Counted from the stretch's first letter, positions 18,832 to 28,917 are shown. The stretch: 54,605 bases of DNA from a bacterium (GCA_037131105.1 JBAXRQ010000003.1:1-54605), one strand, 5' to 3'. Notes: generated by a model from the sequence alone, not told the origin. Numbers and translations are program-made.

Positions 18832-21518
18832 CTAGGAAGATACTTGTCGGGATTAATCTGCTTACCCTGCTTATTATTACCAGTACGTGCCTTACGAATC
18901 TTACTCATCATCGCATAGAGCTTCTTGGCACCAGCATTTGTAGATCCATTACCCAGATGGGAAACAACATCTGCAGGGACTACGAACTCACCGTCAGCCA
19001 ATGCAGCGCGTTGTGGATTCTTGCCATTAATTACAGCAGGAATAGAATCAGACATGCCATCGCCGCCGCCATGCAGAAGATTCCCACCAGCCGCGTAAGT
19101 ATTGTTAGTAAGGGGGGATAAGCCTCCCTGCATATAATGACGGGCCTGAATATCATGGGTAGAGCCACCCTGTGCGCCGTTAACGGACCCCCCGCTATCT
19201 CCCAAACCGGGAGCTAATGTAAAGTTAAGTGATGATGTGGGGTCAGGTGCGCCCATACCCCCACCAGTACCGCCGTACATACCCTGATAGCCACTAAAAC
19301 CATTACCGGGGTTACTGAAATCAGTAGCAATCGAATGACCACCGCCGCCATAACTTGCTGGATTGACTGCATTCGGTAAGGGAGGGACAGCCTTTGGGGA
19401 AAATAGAGCGTTGCCCGCAGAAGCTAACCCCTGACCTAATTTTAATATCCCATAAGCTTGCCCACCGGGAACAAAAGTAGACGCGAGGGATTTACCTACA
19501 GTACCCCAACTAGGTATGAGCGCACTACCCGCCGCTCCCCAATTAGGGCCGCTAGATCCCCCCGACGCTCCACCCCGTGCGAAATGACGGGCCTGAATAT
19601 CATGGGTAGAGCCACCCTGTGCGGCGACCATACCTTGATCCATCTTAAAAGTACCCATGCCGCCATTAGGCCCGCTAGCATCGGGGCCAAACATTCCCCC
19701 ATTCCAGCCACCGAATGCAGTATCGACACCACGGCTACTAAAATCAGGTGCGCCCATACCGCCACCCATACCGCCTAAACCTTGATAGCCACTGAAGCCA
19801 TCACCGGGGACAAAATCATTATTCATCCCACCCTGATTTGCTTGGGCAAAAGCTGCGGCATCTCTATTTTGTGCAGCAAGTTCTTGAGCTTGATTTGTAG
19901 CGTCAAGCTTTGCTTGTTCCGCTGGGGTTAGTGTGTCTTGGCCGCTCAGTATCTTCCCTACATCCTTAAGAGTAGATGGAAGTTTTGATGACATAAGCAA
20001 CGAGGGGCCAAAAGGAAATGCCCCAGCTAATGCCGCTAATCCAAGAGTGCCCGGTGAAGGAGTAATAGCATTTCTCAACTTACCCAACATACCGGGGTTC
20101 TTCTTCAGATTAAACTGAGAATAATCTGGAGTTGTAGGAGTCGTAGGAGTCGTAGGAGTCGTAGGAGTCGTATTAGGTGGGGGAGTCGTCGTAGGATTCA
20201 CTACAACTGGGCCGGTATATCCAGCACCGCCATAACCAGCACCATGCGTACCGCCGCCCGCACCGCCGCCAGTATTTACAGGAGGAACAGTCATATGAAA
20301 GGTAGCAGGGGCTTGCTTACTTAACTCGTTAAGATAGTTACCCTCTGCGGTTTTGAAATTATTAGTTACCTGCCCAGTAGCGGGATCATAACTAATACCC
20401 TCCCCTGTATTCATTTGTTGGGGAGTCACCGGGGTGTTAAACATGCTGTCGTAGTAGTCATACATTGACTGACTAGGCGACGGGGGAGAAGAAGGGGGAG
20501 CCGCATCGGGGATACGGCTCGGCTGATTGACCGGAGGCCCCATCGTAGGATAACGAGCAGCAACAGTCGTCGCGCCACCATCAGCCATCTTACGAACTTC
20601 ACCACCCGCTTTCGCACTAGGGGTATACGTCGCAGGAGAGCCATCTGGATTAATAGCAACGTCGCTAGGGAACGTATAAGACTTGCTGAGCGTACCCGGC
20701 GTATACCCCTGACCGATAAAGTAAGGCTGACCCGGCTGACCAAACTTGGGGTTGACCTTACCCGGATGGTAATGCCCACCGCTGATATAGCGGGTCTGGT
20801 TCTTCGGACCCTGCTGCGTACCTGCAGCCAATAACGCAGGGATAGCAGGAGCAAGGAGCTTAATACGATCCAAGCCACCCATCTTGCTATAGATATTAGC
20901 TAGCCCACTTTCACCACTAGCGGGCTTATAGTTAAACCCAGCTTTCATATTTTCAGAAGTTAGAGGAGCATTAAGCTTTTGAAGTTCTGCAGGAGAAAGA
21001 GTTTCGGCCTGATTACTTAGATCACGATAAGTAGCAGTGGGGGCAATATTCTGCAGTGAAGCTGTAGGATCAGCTTCTGTGGGAAGAAACTGAGCAGTGG
21101 GGTGGATATCTTGCAAAGAAGAAGTTACTCCTACGGGTGTACTAGCTGCAGAGCCAATATTAGCTGCTTGCTGCATCCCCGCTTGCGCTCCCTGCGCCCC
21201 CAGATAGCCAGCAAGACCCCCCATCGGGCCACCTTTTATCGCGCCCATAATACCCGACACCTGCGGTGCCATCTCCCCTATTCCAGCCATACCCATACCC
21301 CCTTGGATAAGCATAGGCATGAACGCGGACATGAGTGAGTCCATCCAGCTAGCTTCTGGGAGACCCGTATGGGGGTTAATGGTAGGTGTATTACCCGTCG
21401 CAAGAGCGAGTCTATGCAGTCCAGATACCTCGTTAGGCGTCATATGGACAAGCATGGAGTCGCCGTTTCGTCCGAATGAGGCGAGACCAGCAGCAGCATT
21501 GTGAATGGTTTTGCTCAT
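18828..21518 (-). CDS. Internal virion protein with multiple xxGG modules
   Basis: 896 aa; N-terminal GRNGDSMLVH...TINPHTGLPE; C-terminal GDGMSDSIPA...ALADGEFVVPADVV; Gly/Pro-rich middle. Confidence 0.65.
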   Translation of the reverse strand: MSKTIHNAAAGLASFGRNGDSMLVHMTPNEVSGLHRLALATGNTPTINPHTGLPEASWMDSLMSAFMPMLIQGGMGMAGIGEMAPQVSGIMGAIKGGPMGGLAGYLGAQGAQAGMQQAANIGSAASTPVGVTSSLQDIHPTAQFLPTEADPTASLQNIAPTATYRDLSNQAETLSPAELQKLNAPLTSENMKAGFNYKPASGESGLANIYSKMGGLDRIKLLAPAIPALLAAGTQQGPKNQTRYISGGHYHPGKVNPKFGQPGQPYFIGQGYTPGTLSKSYTFPSDVAINPDGSPATYTPSAKAGGEVRKMADGGATTVAARYPTMGPPVNQPSRIPDAAPPSSPPSPSQSMYDYYDSMFNTPVTPQQMNTGEGISYDPATGQVTNNFKTAEGNYLNELSKQAPATFHMTVPPVNTGGGAGGGTHGAGYGGAGYTGPVVVNPTTTPPPNTTPTTPTTPTTPTTPDYSQFNLKKNPGMLGKLRNAITPSPGTLGLAALAGAFPFGPSLLMSSKLPSTLKDVGKILSGQDTLTPAEQAKLDATNQAQELAAQNRDAAAFAQANQGGMNNDFVPGDGFSGYQGLGGMGGGMGAPDFSSRGVDTAFGGWNGGMFGPDASGPNGGMGTFKMDQGMVAAQGGSTHDIQARHFARGGASGGSSGPNWGAAGSALIPSWGTVGKSLASTFVPGGQAYGILKLGQGLASAGNALFSPKAVPPLPNAVNPASYGGGGHSIATDFSNPGNGFSGYQGMYGGTGGGMGAPDPTSSLNFTLAPGLGDSGGSVNGAQGGSTHDIQARHYMQGGLSPLTNNTYAAGGNLLHGGGDGMSDSIPAVINGKNPQRAALADGEFVVPADVVSHLGNGSTNAGAKKLYAMMSKIRKARTGNNKQGKQINPDKYLPR
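19136..19623. repeat. 41-bp exact direct repeat (AQGGSTHDIQARH) within a duplicated module
   Basis: aatgacgggcctgaatatcatgggtagagccaccctgtgcg at 19136-19176 and 19583-19623; a second 17-bp repeat at 19243 and 19744. Confidence 0.95.
20134..20172. repeat. 9-bp tandem repeat, about 4 copies (TTP repeats)
   Basis: gtaggagtc repeated from 20134. Confidence 0.9.
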
Positions 21519-21557
21519 ATAAATCTCGCCAAGTCAAGGTTATAGAATAGTAGCATT

Positions 21558-22154
21558 TTAGTACGAAAGACTGGATACCCAATTTATTGTGAAAATCATG
21601 GAAGGCGAGGCCGGGGCACTTACGGTAGGGACAATAGCCGGGAGGGTGGCACCCGTGTCCGTACAGGCCCATGCAAGCTGCACATAGTCCCCCGCCTGTA
21701 ACTGCAGGAGGAAGTTCCACGCAGCAATACCCTTGTCATTCGGGGCTATAGCAATATACCCCGTAGAATTCGGGATATTTATCCCATTCTGGAGCATCCA
21801 GAAATAGATGCTCGTAGTAGGGCCGCCGCCTTTCTGGGTTTGGGCTGAAAACTGGATATTGTAGACACCTGATTGGGTCACGTAGACCCTAGAATTCGCC
21901 ACACCATCTTCAACTGAGCATAGATACTGTGTAACGATAGTGTTCAGATGGGCTATGTTGGTCGCACCGCTAACAGGATTAGTCTGGGTAGTAGTATCGT
22001 AAAAAGACCCATACGGGGTGGCCGAGCCGACCGTAGTGACTAGCTGGTTAAAGAACAGCCGAAGTACGTTGGAGAACTGCTCCTGCCATGAATTGCTGTA
22101 TTGCAGGGGTGAAAGTGGCAGGTTGGGAGCGGCTACTTTGCGTAGGACAGCCAT
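21558..22154 (-). CDS. Virion structural protein following the nozzle gene
   Basis: APNLPLSP...NVLRLFFNQL N-terminus followed by a beta-rich domain (GVYNIQFSAQ). Confidence 0.55.
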   Translation of the reverse strand: MAVLRKVAAPNLPLSPLQYSNSWQEQFSNVLRLFFNQLVTTVGSATPYGSFYDTTTQTNPVSGATNIAHLNTIVTQYLCSVEDGVANSRVYVTQSGVYNIQFSAQTQKGGGPTTSIYFWMLQNGINIPNSTGYIAIAPNDKGIAAWNFLLQLQAGDYVQLAWACTDTGATLPAIVPTVSAPASPSMIFTINWVSSLSY

Positions 22155-24724
22155 TAGCGACGCCCATCCGTACGAATATCAAACCGCATGAAGCCCAACT
22201 GCCATGTGGTTCCTAGCTTATTAGACTCTATTTTAAATGCCACCTGACGCCCACGTACACGGGAATATAGTACCCCGGTATATTCCTCAACAGGATAGGC
22301 AGTTGGCGGAGTTGGGGGAGGGCGGATCCCCACAACAGAACTCGCATAGGGGGTGCCATAGGCCGAACCGGGATAATCCCGAGGAGTCAGAGTTAACGTA
22401 GCTCTTGGGTTGGACCCTGCTGTTGAGCTATCGAAAGTCAAATCGGGAATAATTCGGCTAATAAATACATAATGATCGCCGTCGTCTATATCAAAATCAC
22501 TTGTCTCAATATAAGCAGGGATAGCAATAGCAGGACTAACTGATCCGTCGTCAACCCCGATTTCATGTAGCACTAATTGATTAGCCATTGTCTGCGTGAC
22601 TCTAGATGCAATGACATGAGAAGCGGCAGTCGTACTATTATATCCGCGAGTCAGGCCACCGAAAAACGTCCCGCCATTAGTCGTATAGGCAATTTGCTCC
22701 GAGTCAATTACGATAATCCCAGAAATTGGGAATGATCTGCAATCAGCTACAGGGATAGTCGTACTGACAGCCGTAATCGCAGCAGTCAGGTAAGGATTCT
22801 GTACGCTGATAACCGCGATAGGGTTTGGAACTAGCGGCGTGTCATACCACGCAGTACGGTTGAGAGTCCCGAAGGCCCAGTTATTGTCTACATAATTCCA
22901 CGTTACATAGCTATCATTCGTCATACTATTAGTAGACGGATAGTGCCACCAAACTTCGCTGTACTCTTCGTTATGCCCGCAGATAACTTGGAAAGACTGC
23001 GAGATATTTAAATTATTCATGACGTACTGACGAACGGTGCAAGGGAGTGTCTGCACAGTGCCGCTATACGTATAGAACTTATCTACGCCCATCCAATAGG
23101 TAATGTTGTTTACCGTGATCATGGCGTTAGGCGACATGATGGAGATATTGTCCATCAGAATCTGGAAGGTAAACACGAACGGAGCGCCGATGTACTGCAT
23201 AGAGTACAGCGCACGGTCAGTCCAGATCAGGAATTCTTGCCGTGCGGGCGCACCGCCTACGATATAAGACCCATTAGAAAGTATTGATTCGCCCGATTGA
23301 TTGAACGTCGTCGCGGTCCATTCAGCCGCAACGGACTGATCTGACCAACGCACCAGCATAGGGTTAAACGCGGGCGTAAAGTTTGAAGGGTCGTAGGGGG
23401 TAGATCCTAGTGCTACGACAAACTGATAAACACTAAATACCCCTATCTGGTTAATCGTATTAGGGGCAGTTTTACCGGAGTAGCTAAAATTAATTTGCGC
23501 TCCCGCCGTAATTGATACAGCAGGAGTAACCGTAATTGTTGTGCCGCCCGCCCAAGCAGTAGTGACGTAGGTGCCAGCAACTATAGTAGCTGCACCGGAT
23601 TTTAGAGTAATTACAGACCCTACATCTATATCAGCCGTATCTGTTACAACAAAAGTAGTACTTGCAACTACGCCAGCGGCAACAGTTTTAAAAGTCTTAA
23701 CCTGCGTAGCCGCGTAGGCATTGATTGTAGTCGCGGGGGTATAGTTACCATATACGTCAGCGGTAGTGTTCTTAACCCAGTAATAAATAGCCCCACCACG
23801 GGGAGAAAAAATGAAATCCTCCCCCCAGTTTGCCTGTGACCAGAGCGCAAGGGGGATAGACCCGCCTGTACTAGTCCCCCACCCACCGGAACCCCAGTTA
23901 GAAATGCCCCATCCCGCGTTGGTTAAAGCTGAATAGATAGCACTGCTGGCAGATAGCTCATAGGCAGCATCTACTACCGCACCGCCGCCAGAGATACTCG
24001 TAGTGGCCCCCGGCGAATAAATCGTATAAGTGCCCGCTCCGACCGTGACGATCTCATAAGATCCATTCAGAGGCAGGGTGACTGTACCCGCTACGGTCTG
24101 GACACCGGTAGTCGCATTGGTAAAAGATATTGAGGAGGCCGTAGATGCTGTTACGGTTTGCGCACCGTTATATCCCGCAGGGGTTACGCCAGCAACAGTT
24201 ACAACAGACCCCACAGCAGGAGGGTTAACTTGCGTAGTAAAACTTACAGTAGCCGTAGTACCGTTACCTGCTGCTGCAGTTGTCGCCACTACAACAAACG
24301 CAGCGCATCCTGTGAAATTAACAAATGACCCCACTGAGGATAAAAATCCAGCATCAGTTACGGTAACTAAGTTGCTACCGGCTAGCGTAGTAAATGGGTT
24401 ATTTACTAGATGAGCGCCCGTACCAGCAATAGATACGTTACGAACAATCGGCGTAATAGGGTAGAACGTGCCGCTATTTTGAAGGTAATACCGCTGATTG
24501 GTCCCTACGCCGGTAAGCGCCTGACTATCTAGCGTGACCCAGTTGAACAGGGAGCGGCATACGCCAGCGAAGCTATTAACTGAGTTCGTGACCCACCCGC
24601 CAATCTTCTCCGCATAGCCAGACCGGAACCGGATCTTGTCGCAGTTGTAATAGCCGCCCTCGCCCGCGTAGTTAGTATTTTCGCGGTTGAGTCCGGTTTT
24701 TACTGGAACTTTTTTAAGAGCCAT
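22154..24724 (-). CDS. Tail nozzle/stabilisation protein (T7 gp12 / P22 gp10-like)
   Basis: GLNRENT...DKIRFRSG..EKIGGW N-terminus, VRWSDQ, FYTYSG, EVWWHYPS, RGRQVAFKIES...WQLG..RFDIRTDGRR C-terminus. Confidence 0.8.
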   Translation of the reverse strand: MALKKVPVKTGLNRENTNYAGEGGYYNCDKIRFRSGYAEKIGGWVTNSVNSFAGVCRSLFNWVTLDSQALTGVGTNQRYYLQNSGTFYPITPIVRNVSIAGTGAHLVNNPFTTLAGSNLVTVTDAGFLSSVGSFVNFTGCAAFVVVATTAAAGNGTTATVSFTTQVNPPAVGSVVTVAGVTPAGYNGAQTVTASTASSISFTNATTGVQTVAGTVTLPLNGSYEIVTVGAGTYTIYSPGATTSISGGGAVVDAAYELSASSAIYSALTNAGWGISNWGSGGWGTSTGGSIPLALWSQANWGEDFIFSPRGGAIYYWVKNTTADVYGNYTPATTINAYAATQVKTFKTVAAGVVASTTFVVTDTADIDVGSVITLKSGAATIVAGTYVTTAWAGGTTITVTPAVSITAGAQINFSYSGKTAPNTINQIGVFSVYQFVVALGSTPYDPSNFTPAFNPMLVRWSDQSVAAEWTATTFNQSGESILSNGSYIVGGAPARQEFLIWTDRALYSMQYIGAPFVFTFQILMDNISIMSPNAMITVNNITYWMGVDKFYTYSGTVQTLPCTVRQYVMNNLNISQSFQVICGHNEEYSEVWWHYPSTNSMTNDSYVTWNYVDNNWAFGTLNRTAWYDTPLVPNPIAVISVQNPYLTAAITAVSTTIPVADCRSFPISGIIVIDSEQIAYTTNGGTFFGGLTRGYNSTTAASHVIASRVTQTMANQLVLHEIGVDDGSVSPAIAIPAYIETSDFDIDDGDHYVFISRIIPDLTFDSSTAGSNPRATLTLTPRDYPGSAYGTPYASSVVGIRPPPTPPTAYPVEEYTGVLYSRVRGRQVAFKIESNKLGTTWQLGFMRFDIRTDGRR

Positions 24725-24732
24725 AACAACAC

Positions 24733-25209
24733 CTATAGCATCAAATTACGTGCAATTCGACGCGCCCAGCCCTTCCCGAACGTAGACCATTGTGGCAAGT
24801 CAGTCATGAACTGCAGCCTCCGTCCATTGAATCCTGCACGGAGTTTCTGGGGGTCCATCTTATGAGCAGCGTCCAGAGTTTTAGGGCCGAGTACCCCATC
24901 CTCTTCTACGCTACATACATGCTGTAGCCACCGGATAGCCTCAGTGACTCCGCTATTAACTGCTGCATCAAAGATGTCATACCGGATACATTCCGGTAGG
25001 GACTCGATCTTCAGGCTTCCCCAGTACATGATCTTGTAGACTTCTTTGGCTTGTTCTAGCGGATAATCTTTCATACCCCCGGTATAGCCAAAACTACGGG
25101 CAACAGCTTCGGTTATACCCCACTTAGTCGCGCCACCCGGATCATAGACGTTATTGGAATATGAGCCTTCTACGCCAAGTAGCCACATGAATGCGTCGTC
25201 GAAAGTCAT
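24733..25209 (-). CDS. Endolysin, glycoside hydrolase family 108 with PG-binding domain
   Basis: EGSYSNNVYDPGGATKWGIT, FDAAVNSG, DGVLGPKT, FGKGWARR. Confidence 0.92.
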   Translation of the reverse strand: MTFDDAFMWLLGVEGSYSNNVYDPGGATKWGITEAVARSFGYTGGMKDYPLEQAKEVYKIMYWGSLKIESLPECIRYDIFDAAVNSGVTEAIRWLQHVCSVEEDGVLGPKTLDAAHKMDPQKLRAGFNGRRLQFMTDLPQWSTFGKGWARRIARNLML

Positions 25210-25607
25210 TTTTTTACTGCACTCATAATAGACGGAGCAAGCTTCTCAAGGCTGCGGCCAGCAACATAGCCGCCAAGACCGATCTGAAGAAGAACCCATG
25301 CTTCCGGGGCTAGTCGATTAGGGAGCCAGCCAAATGAGTCGCAAACCACCAAAGCTAGAAACGTAAGCATGGTAATAGGACGCCAGTTGCGCTGCATCCA
25401 TGAATTACCCTGTGCTTCTGCCTTGATGATCTGCATCTGGCTATCGAGAAGCTGCTTCTCATAGTCCATGACCTGTGACGCAGCGGCCAACTGGCCCTCT
25501 AGCATTTTCTGCTGAAGCTGAATCTTCGCGTCCCCAGAAGGTAGAACGTGTTCGATCACATCCGCAATGGGTTTAAAGATTCCTGATACTACGTCTAGCC
25601 AGCCCAT
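25206..25607 (-). CDS. Holin (3TM, GTA-type)
   Basis: EAQGNSWMQRNWRP, hydrophobic segments, GGYVAGRSLEK; adjacent to the endolysin. Confidence 0.8.
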   Translation of the reverse strand: MGWLDVVSGIFKPIADVIEHVLPSGDAKIQLQQKMLEGQLAAASQVMDYEKQLLDSQMQIIKAEAQGNSWMQRNWRPITMLTFLALVVCDSFGWLPNRLAPEAWVLLQIGLGGYVAGRSLEKLAPSIMSAVKK

Positions 25608-25613
25608 GACTAT

Positions 25614-25832
25614 TTACTCCTTACCTCTACGATCACGTTGCTCAAGCGACGTAACCCTAGTCTCCATACGCAGGGCATACTGATTAAAGTTAGCTGTCAG
25701 GACATCAACCCGAGTGATCAAAGACACCCCTATCCAGACAATAATTCCAATCAGGCCCGTAAAAAGGAACCCTATCATTCGGCCAAGGCCAGAGGATCCT
25801 ATAATAAATTTTTGTGTATCTTCTGGTCTCAT
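25614..25832 (-). CDS. Small membrane protein, lysis-associated
   Basis: One TM segment (MIGFLFTGLIGIIVWIGVSL), then a coiled coil and basic tail. Confidence 0.55.
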   Translation of the reverse strand: MRPEDTQKFIIGSSGLGRMIGFLFTGLIGIIVWIGVSLITRVDVLTANFNQYALRMETRVTSLEQRDRRGKE

Positions 25833-25837
25833 GACTG

Positions 25838-26032
25838 CTACTTCGTGCCGCCGACATCCGAGGGATTCGGACGACCACCCGGAGGAACATTAGAAGGAGG
25901 ACCGTGGGGGGTACCAGCACTGGGGGAAGCCGGTGCGGAATTAACCGTATTAGGCATATTCTTCCACCACCAGAATCCCAAGCCAATAACTATGGCACCG
26001 CCGAGGATGCCGAATAACAAATTAATGGTCAT
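25838..26032 (-). CDS. Small membrane protein with Pro-rich tail
   Basis: GAGGAG RBS, ATGA overlap at 26029-26032, N-terminal TM ending WWWK. Confidence 0.55.
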   Translation of the reverse strand: MTINLLFGILGGAIVIGLGFWWWKNMPNTVNSAPASPSAGTPHGPPSNVPPGGRPNPSDVGGTK

Positions 26033-26619
26033 AACATCTCCTCTTTTAACCATTGTAGGGCTTGATCCGTATTAGTGATTACAGCCCATTTATCATAGGG
26101 TAACTTGTCATATAAGCCCCCATCGCTGAATGCAATTCTGTCGATACCTAGCTCTGGAATGCTAACCCCTTCAATGAGATCCTCATAAAAAATGGTCTGC
26201 TTTACTGCATTCTTGGTATCCCACGCTATATTCCTAGCCTTCTTGAGAACAAGAAATCGTTGAATATCGCCTCGTACTACATCGAATTTATCAGCGCATA
26301 CTTCAGTCAATCTATCTAGGTCTCTATCCCTTGCGCTACCTCGCTGCATAAAGGGATGGCTGTACCATTCTGGATGCGCTGTTTTCGCCCTATCCATTAT
26401 GATCCAACTTAGAAAATGCTCAAAAACATCTTTGCGGGTACTACGCAGTAATACCCCATGAGCATCTTTCAACCTATCAAATGAGTGAGTCTGATGTACC
26501 CCATCTGGAACTGTCCCGTCCTGCTCTATATAGGCGAACGGTAAATTCAACATACCTGCTATATGAGTAATTAGCCATGTACTTCCTGAACGCTCCTCTG
26601 CAAATAACCAGATAGTCAT
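26029..26619 (-). CDS. Sulfotransferase-like protein (Stf0-type P-loop fold)
   Basis: RSGSTWL 5'-PAPS loop, RKDVFEHFLSW 3'-phosphate motif, IFYEDL. ATG at 26619 overlaps the upstream stop. Confidence 0.72.
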   Translation of the reverse strand: MTIWLFAEERSGSTWLITHIAGMLNLPFAYIEQDGTVPDGVHQTHSFDRLKDAHGVLLRSTRKDVFEHFLSWIIMDRAKTAHPEWYSHPFMQRGSARDRDLDRLTEVCADKFDVVRGDIQRFLVLKKARNIAWDTKNAVKQTIFYEDLIEGVSIPELGIDRIAFSDGGLYDKLPYDKWAVITNTDQALQWLKEEML

Positions 26620-27044
26620 TTCCCTAAGTACATCGCAATAGCTGGTCTTACGATAAAACAATCATCCCCAACCGGGCACTCCTCTGGAGGGCCAAAAGCT
26701 ACTCGCTTTAACGTTCCTTCAGAATGAACACAAAACCAACTCATTGGGGTGTCCGCAACACAGTGCATCCATGACCCTAATATATTGTGATGTAGGTTGT
26801 CAGGGGCTGTGAAATCCCAGAACCCCTTGTAGACCGTGCCTACGATGGCCGGATCCTTCGCCTCTACCACTCGCAGATCCCCTTCGTAATACGCGCAGAC
26901 TGCCGATACACAGGTCTCATCCATGTCGAACCGCCAGAATGCATTGCGGTCTGACGTAAAATGGACGACCTGATATCCATCAAAGTCATACGTTGAGCAG
27001 CTACTAATCGTAGCCCAACTTTTATGGCGTTTTGGAGCTTTCAT
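26616..27044 (-). CDS. Hypothetical protein (Cys/His/aromatic-rich)
   Basis: 142-aa ORF coupled to genes on both sides; no motif recognised. Confidence 0.6.
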   Translation of the reverse strand: MKAPKRHKSWATISSCSTYDFDGYQVVHFTSDRNAFWRFDMDETCVSAVCAYYEGDLRVVEAKDPAIVGTVYKGFWDFTAPDNLHHNILGSWMHCVADTPMSWFCVHSEGTLKRVAFGPPEECPVGDDCFIVRPAIAMYLGK

Positions 27045-27709
27045 GTGTAGTAGAAAATAACCTTGCCAGAACCTGCAGCAACTGGCCCAGTATTTCCGAC
27101 CTGACCAACGTTGCCGGATCCGTTGACCCCGGTGACAGCGGCCCCTCCGGTTCCTCCCACGGAGCTATTAGCTAATCCAATGCCACCAGCGTTACCGGTC
27201 GTATTGGTGTCCGTGCCACCGGTACCAATCGTACCCGCCGCGCCAGCAACGCTGTTCGCCGTTACGCCGCCCGGATCCGCGCCGCCGCCGCCACCGCCAC
27301 CCGGACCAGAAAGTGTAGTAATCGTCTTGGTGCCACTACTTACAGAAGACGCAGCACCGTTAGTGCCGTTTGCACCAGACCAAACGCCAGAGCCAGACCA
27401 ACTGCTATTCGTGCCGCCTGTTCCACCCCCGCCAACAGTGTATATCAGAGTCTGACCACCGCTGATGGCAGTCGTCGTCTTGCTATAGCCACCAGTTCCG
27501 CCGCCAGCACCGGAATCGATAGTACCCGGAGAAATTTTGCCGTGTGCACCCTGCCCGCCGCCACCACCCACACCGCCAAAGACTTCGATGACTACTTGAG
27601 ATGCACCAGTAGGAGCCGTCTCGGTTACGCTAGTACCCGTCGTATAGGTATGAGTAACCGGAGCAAAAGAAGATGAAGTTAACCAAGCCGCAACAGCAGA
27701 ACCACTCAT
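27041..27709 (-). CDS. Glycine-rich tail fibre-associated protein
   Basis: TAPTGASQVVIEVFGGVGGGG...GSGKVIFYYT Gly-rich domain. Confidence 0.65.
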   Translation of the reverse strand: MSGSAVAAWLTSSSFAPVTHTYTTGTSVTETAPTGASQVVIEVFGGVGGGGGQGAHGKISPGTIDSGAGGGTGGYSKTTTAISGGQTLIYTVGGGGTGGTNSSWSGSGVWSGANGTNGAASSVSSGTKTITTLSGPGGGGGGGADPGGVTANSVAGAAGTIGTGGTDTNTTGNAGGIGLANSSVGGTGGAAVTGVNGSGNVGQVGNTGPVAAGSGKVIFYYT

Positions 27710-28917
27710 GTCAGGTTACTCCCGCTAATAAACCATCTGGTAGAAGTGACTTTCACGGCAGTAGCTATACCGTAACGTCCGAGTGTACGAGGTCCAGTAG
27801 TACCCGCTGTAGTCCAGACTAGTACATCTGAAGTAATAGCAATAAAAATAGACACTGCCGCTGCAGCATCATTGACGAACATCAGCGTAGTACCGATAGG
27901 GAACGTAACGCTAGTGTTGGCCGGAATAGTCATGGTAGCAATCGGGCCAGTAGCAGTACCGGTGTAATAGATATGCTTGTTCGCGTCTGCTGATACGATT
28001 GGATATGAAGCTGTCTTACCTACCTGCGGGATAGTCGCGTAACCCGCGTCATATAGAGCAGCGGCAGGGTCGGCAATCTGTAGTGAGGTATTACCCGTGT
28101 TGTTTGCTACACCGTTAATAGTGACAGTCGCGCCGCTAGCGGGCGCAGCGAATGCCGCACTACCCGTACCGGATATAGTGAAGTAGTCAAAATTGAAACA
28201 CGCGATAGCTACGCCATTATTAGTTGTAGTACCAAGTCTAAGCCGGGTACTACCCGTATCCCAGAATGTAGTAATACTCCCATCAGTCGCGCTAAAAGCT
28301 TTTTGTCCAGACGTAAACGAAAGCCCGATAGCCGGTGCCGCCGAAGCAGCAGAGATTGTCAGCGCCGTAGCAGAAGTAGTAGTAGGAGCAGCGACCGTGA
28401 ATGCCCCAGTCGCTACAACATAAGTCATCGCGGACCCAGCAAGGGATCCAGCGTTGTTGTACTGCATTTGGGTAGTAGTTCCCCCCGCAGTTATAGCCGT
28501 CATAGCATTAAGAACATTAGTTCCATCGCAATAAACAGCAAGCGTCTTACCATTGGGAACACTAATACCCGTGCCGCCGCTGGTTTTTACAGTGACCGCA
28601 TAAGGGCCAAGAACGCCACCATCAGTAGTAGCGTTGTTGATGAAGTAGAGCTTGGGAACAGTCGGTACGATGAGATTCCGACTGGCGGTAAGTGCGCCCG
28701 TCAGCTTCAAGACCATGTTTCTACCGGTACTAGATGCACCGTTAGTAATAGATACGACCGTATCCGCGCCGTCTGTAATGGCCTGAGTACCATACCCACT
28801 GATAGCTTGCTCGATAAGGGTACAAACGTTCGTATTGGTATAGCTACCCCATAGACCAGATTCAGTACCCGTAGTGATACTGATCAAGCCAAGGTTAGTG
28901 CTGTATGCAATTGTCAT
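27706..28917 (-). CDS. Tail fibre/spike protein
   Basis: YSTNLGL...TGTESGLWGSYTNTN anchor, LKLTGALTASRN, C-terminal ATAVKVTSTRWFISG. Confidence 0.7.
   Translation of the reverse strand: MTIAYSTNLGLISITTGTESGLWGSYTNTNVCTLIEQAISGYGTQAITDGADTVVSITNGASSTGRNMVLKLTGALTASRNLIVPTVPKLYFINNATTDGGVLGPYAVTVKTSGGTGISVPNGKTLAVYCDGTNVLNAMTAITAGGTTTQMQYNNAGSLAGSAMTYVVATGAFTVAAPTTTSATALTISAASAAPAIGLSFTSGQKAFSATDGSITTFWDTGSTRLRLGTTTNNGVAIACFNFDYFTISGTGSAAFAAPASGATVTINGVANNTGNTSLQIADPAAALYDAGYATIPQVGKTASYPIVSADANKHIYYTGTATGPIATMTIPANTSVTFPIGTTLMFVNDAAAAVSIFIAITSDVLVWTTAGTTGPRTLGRYGIATAVKVTSTRWFISGSNLT

Noticed and set aside
25614-26032. Two small membrane genes as i-spanin/o-spanin
   Set aside because: No lipobox Cys in either ORF or in a plausible nested frame; left as generic membrane proteins.
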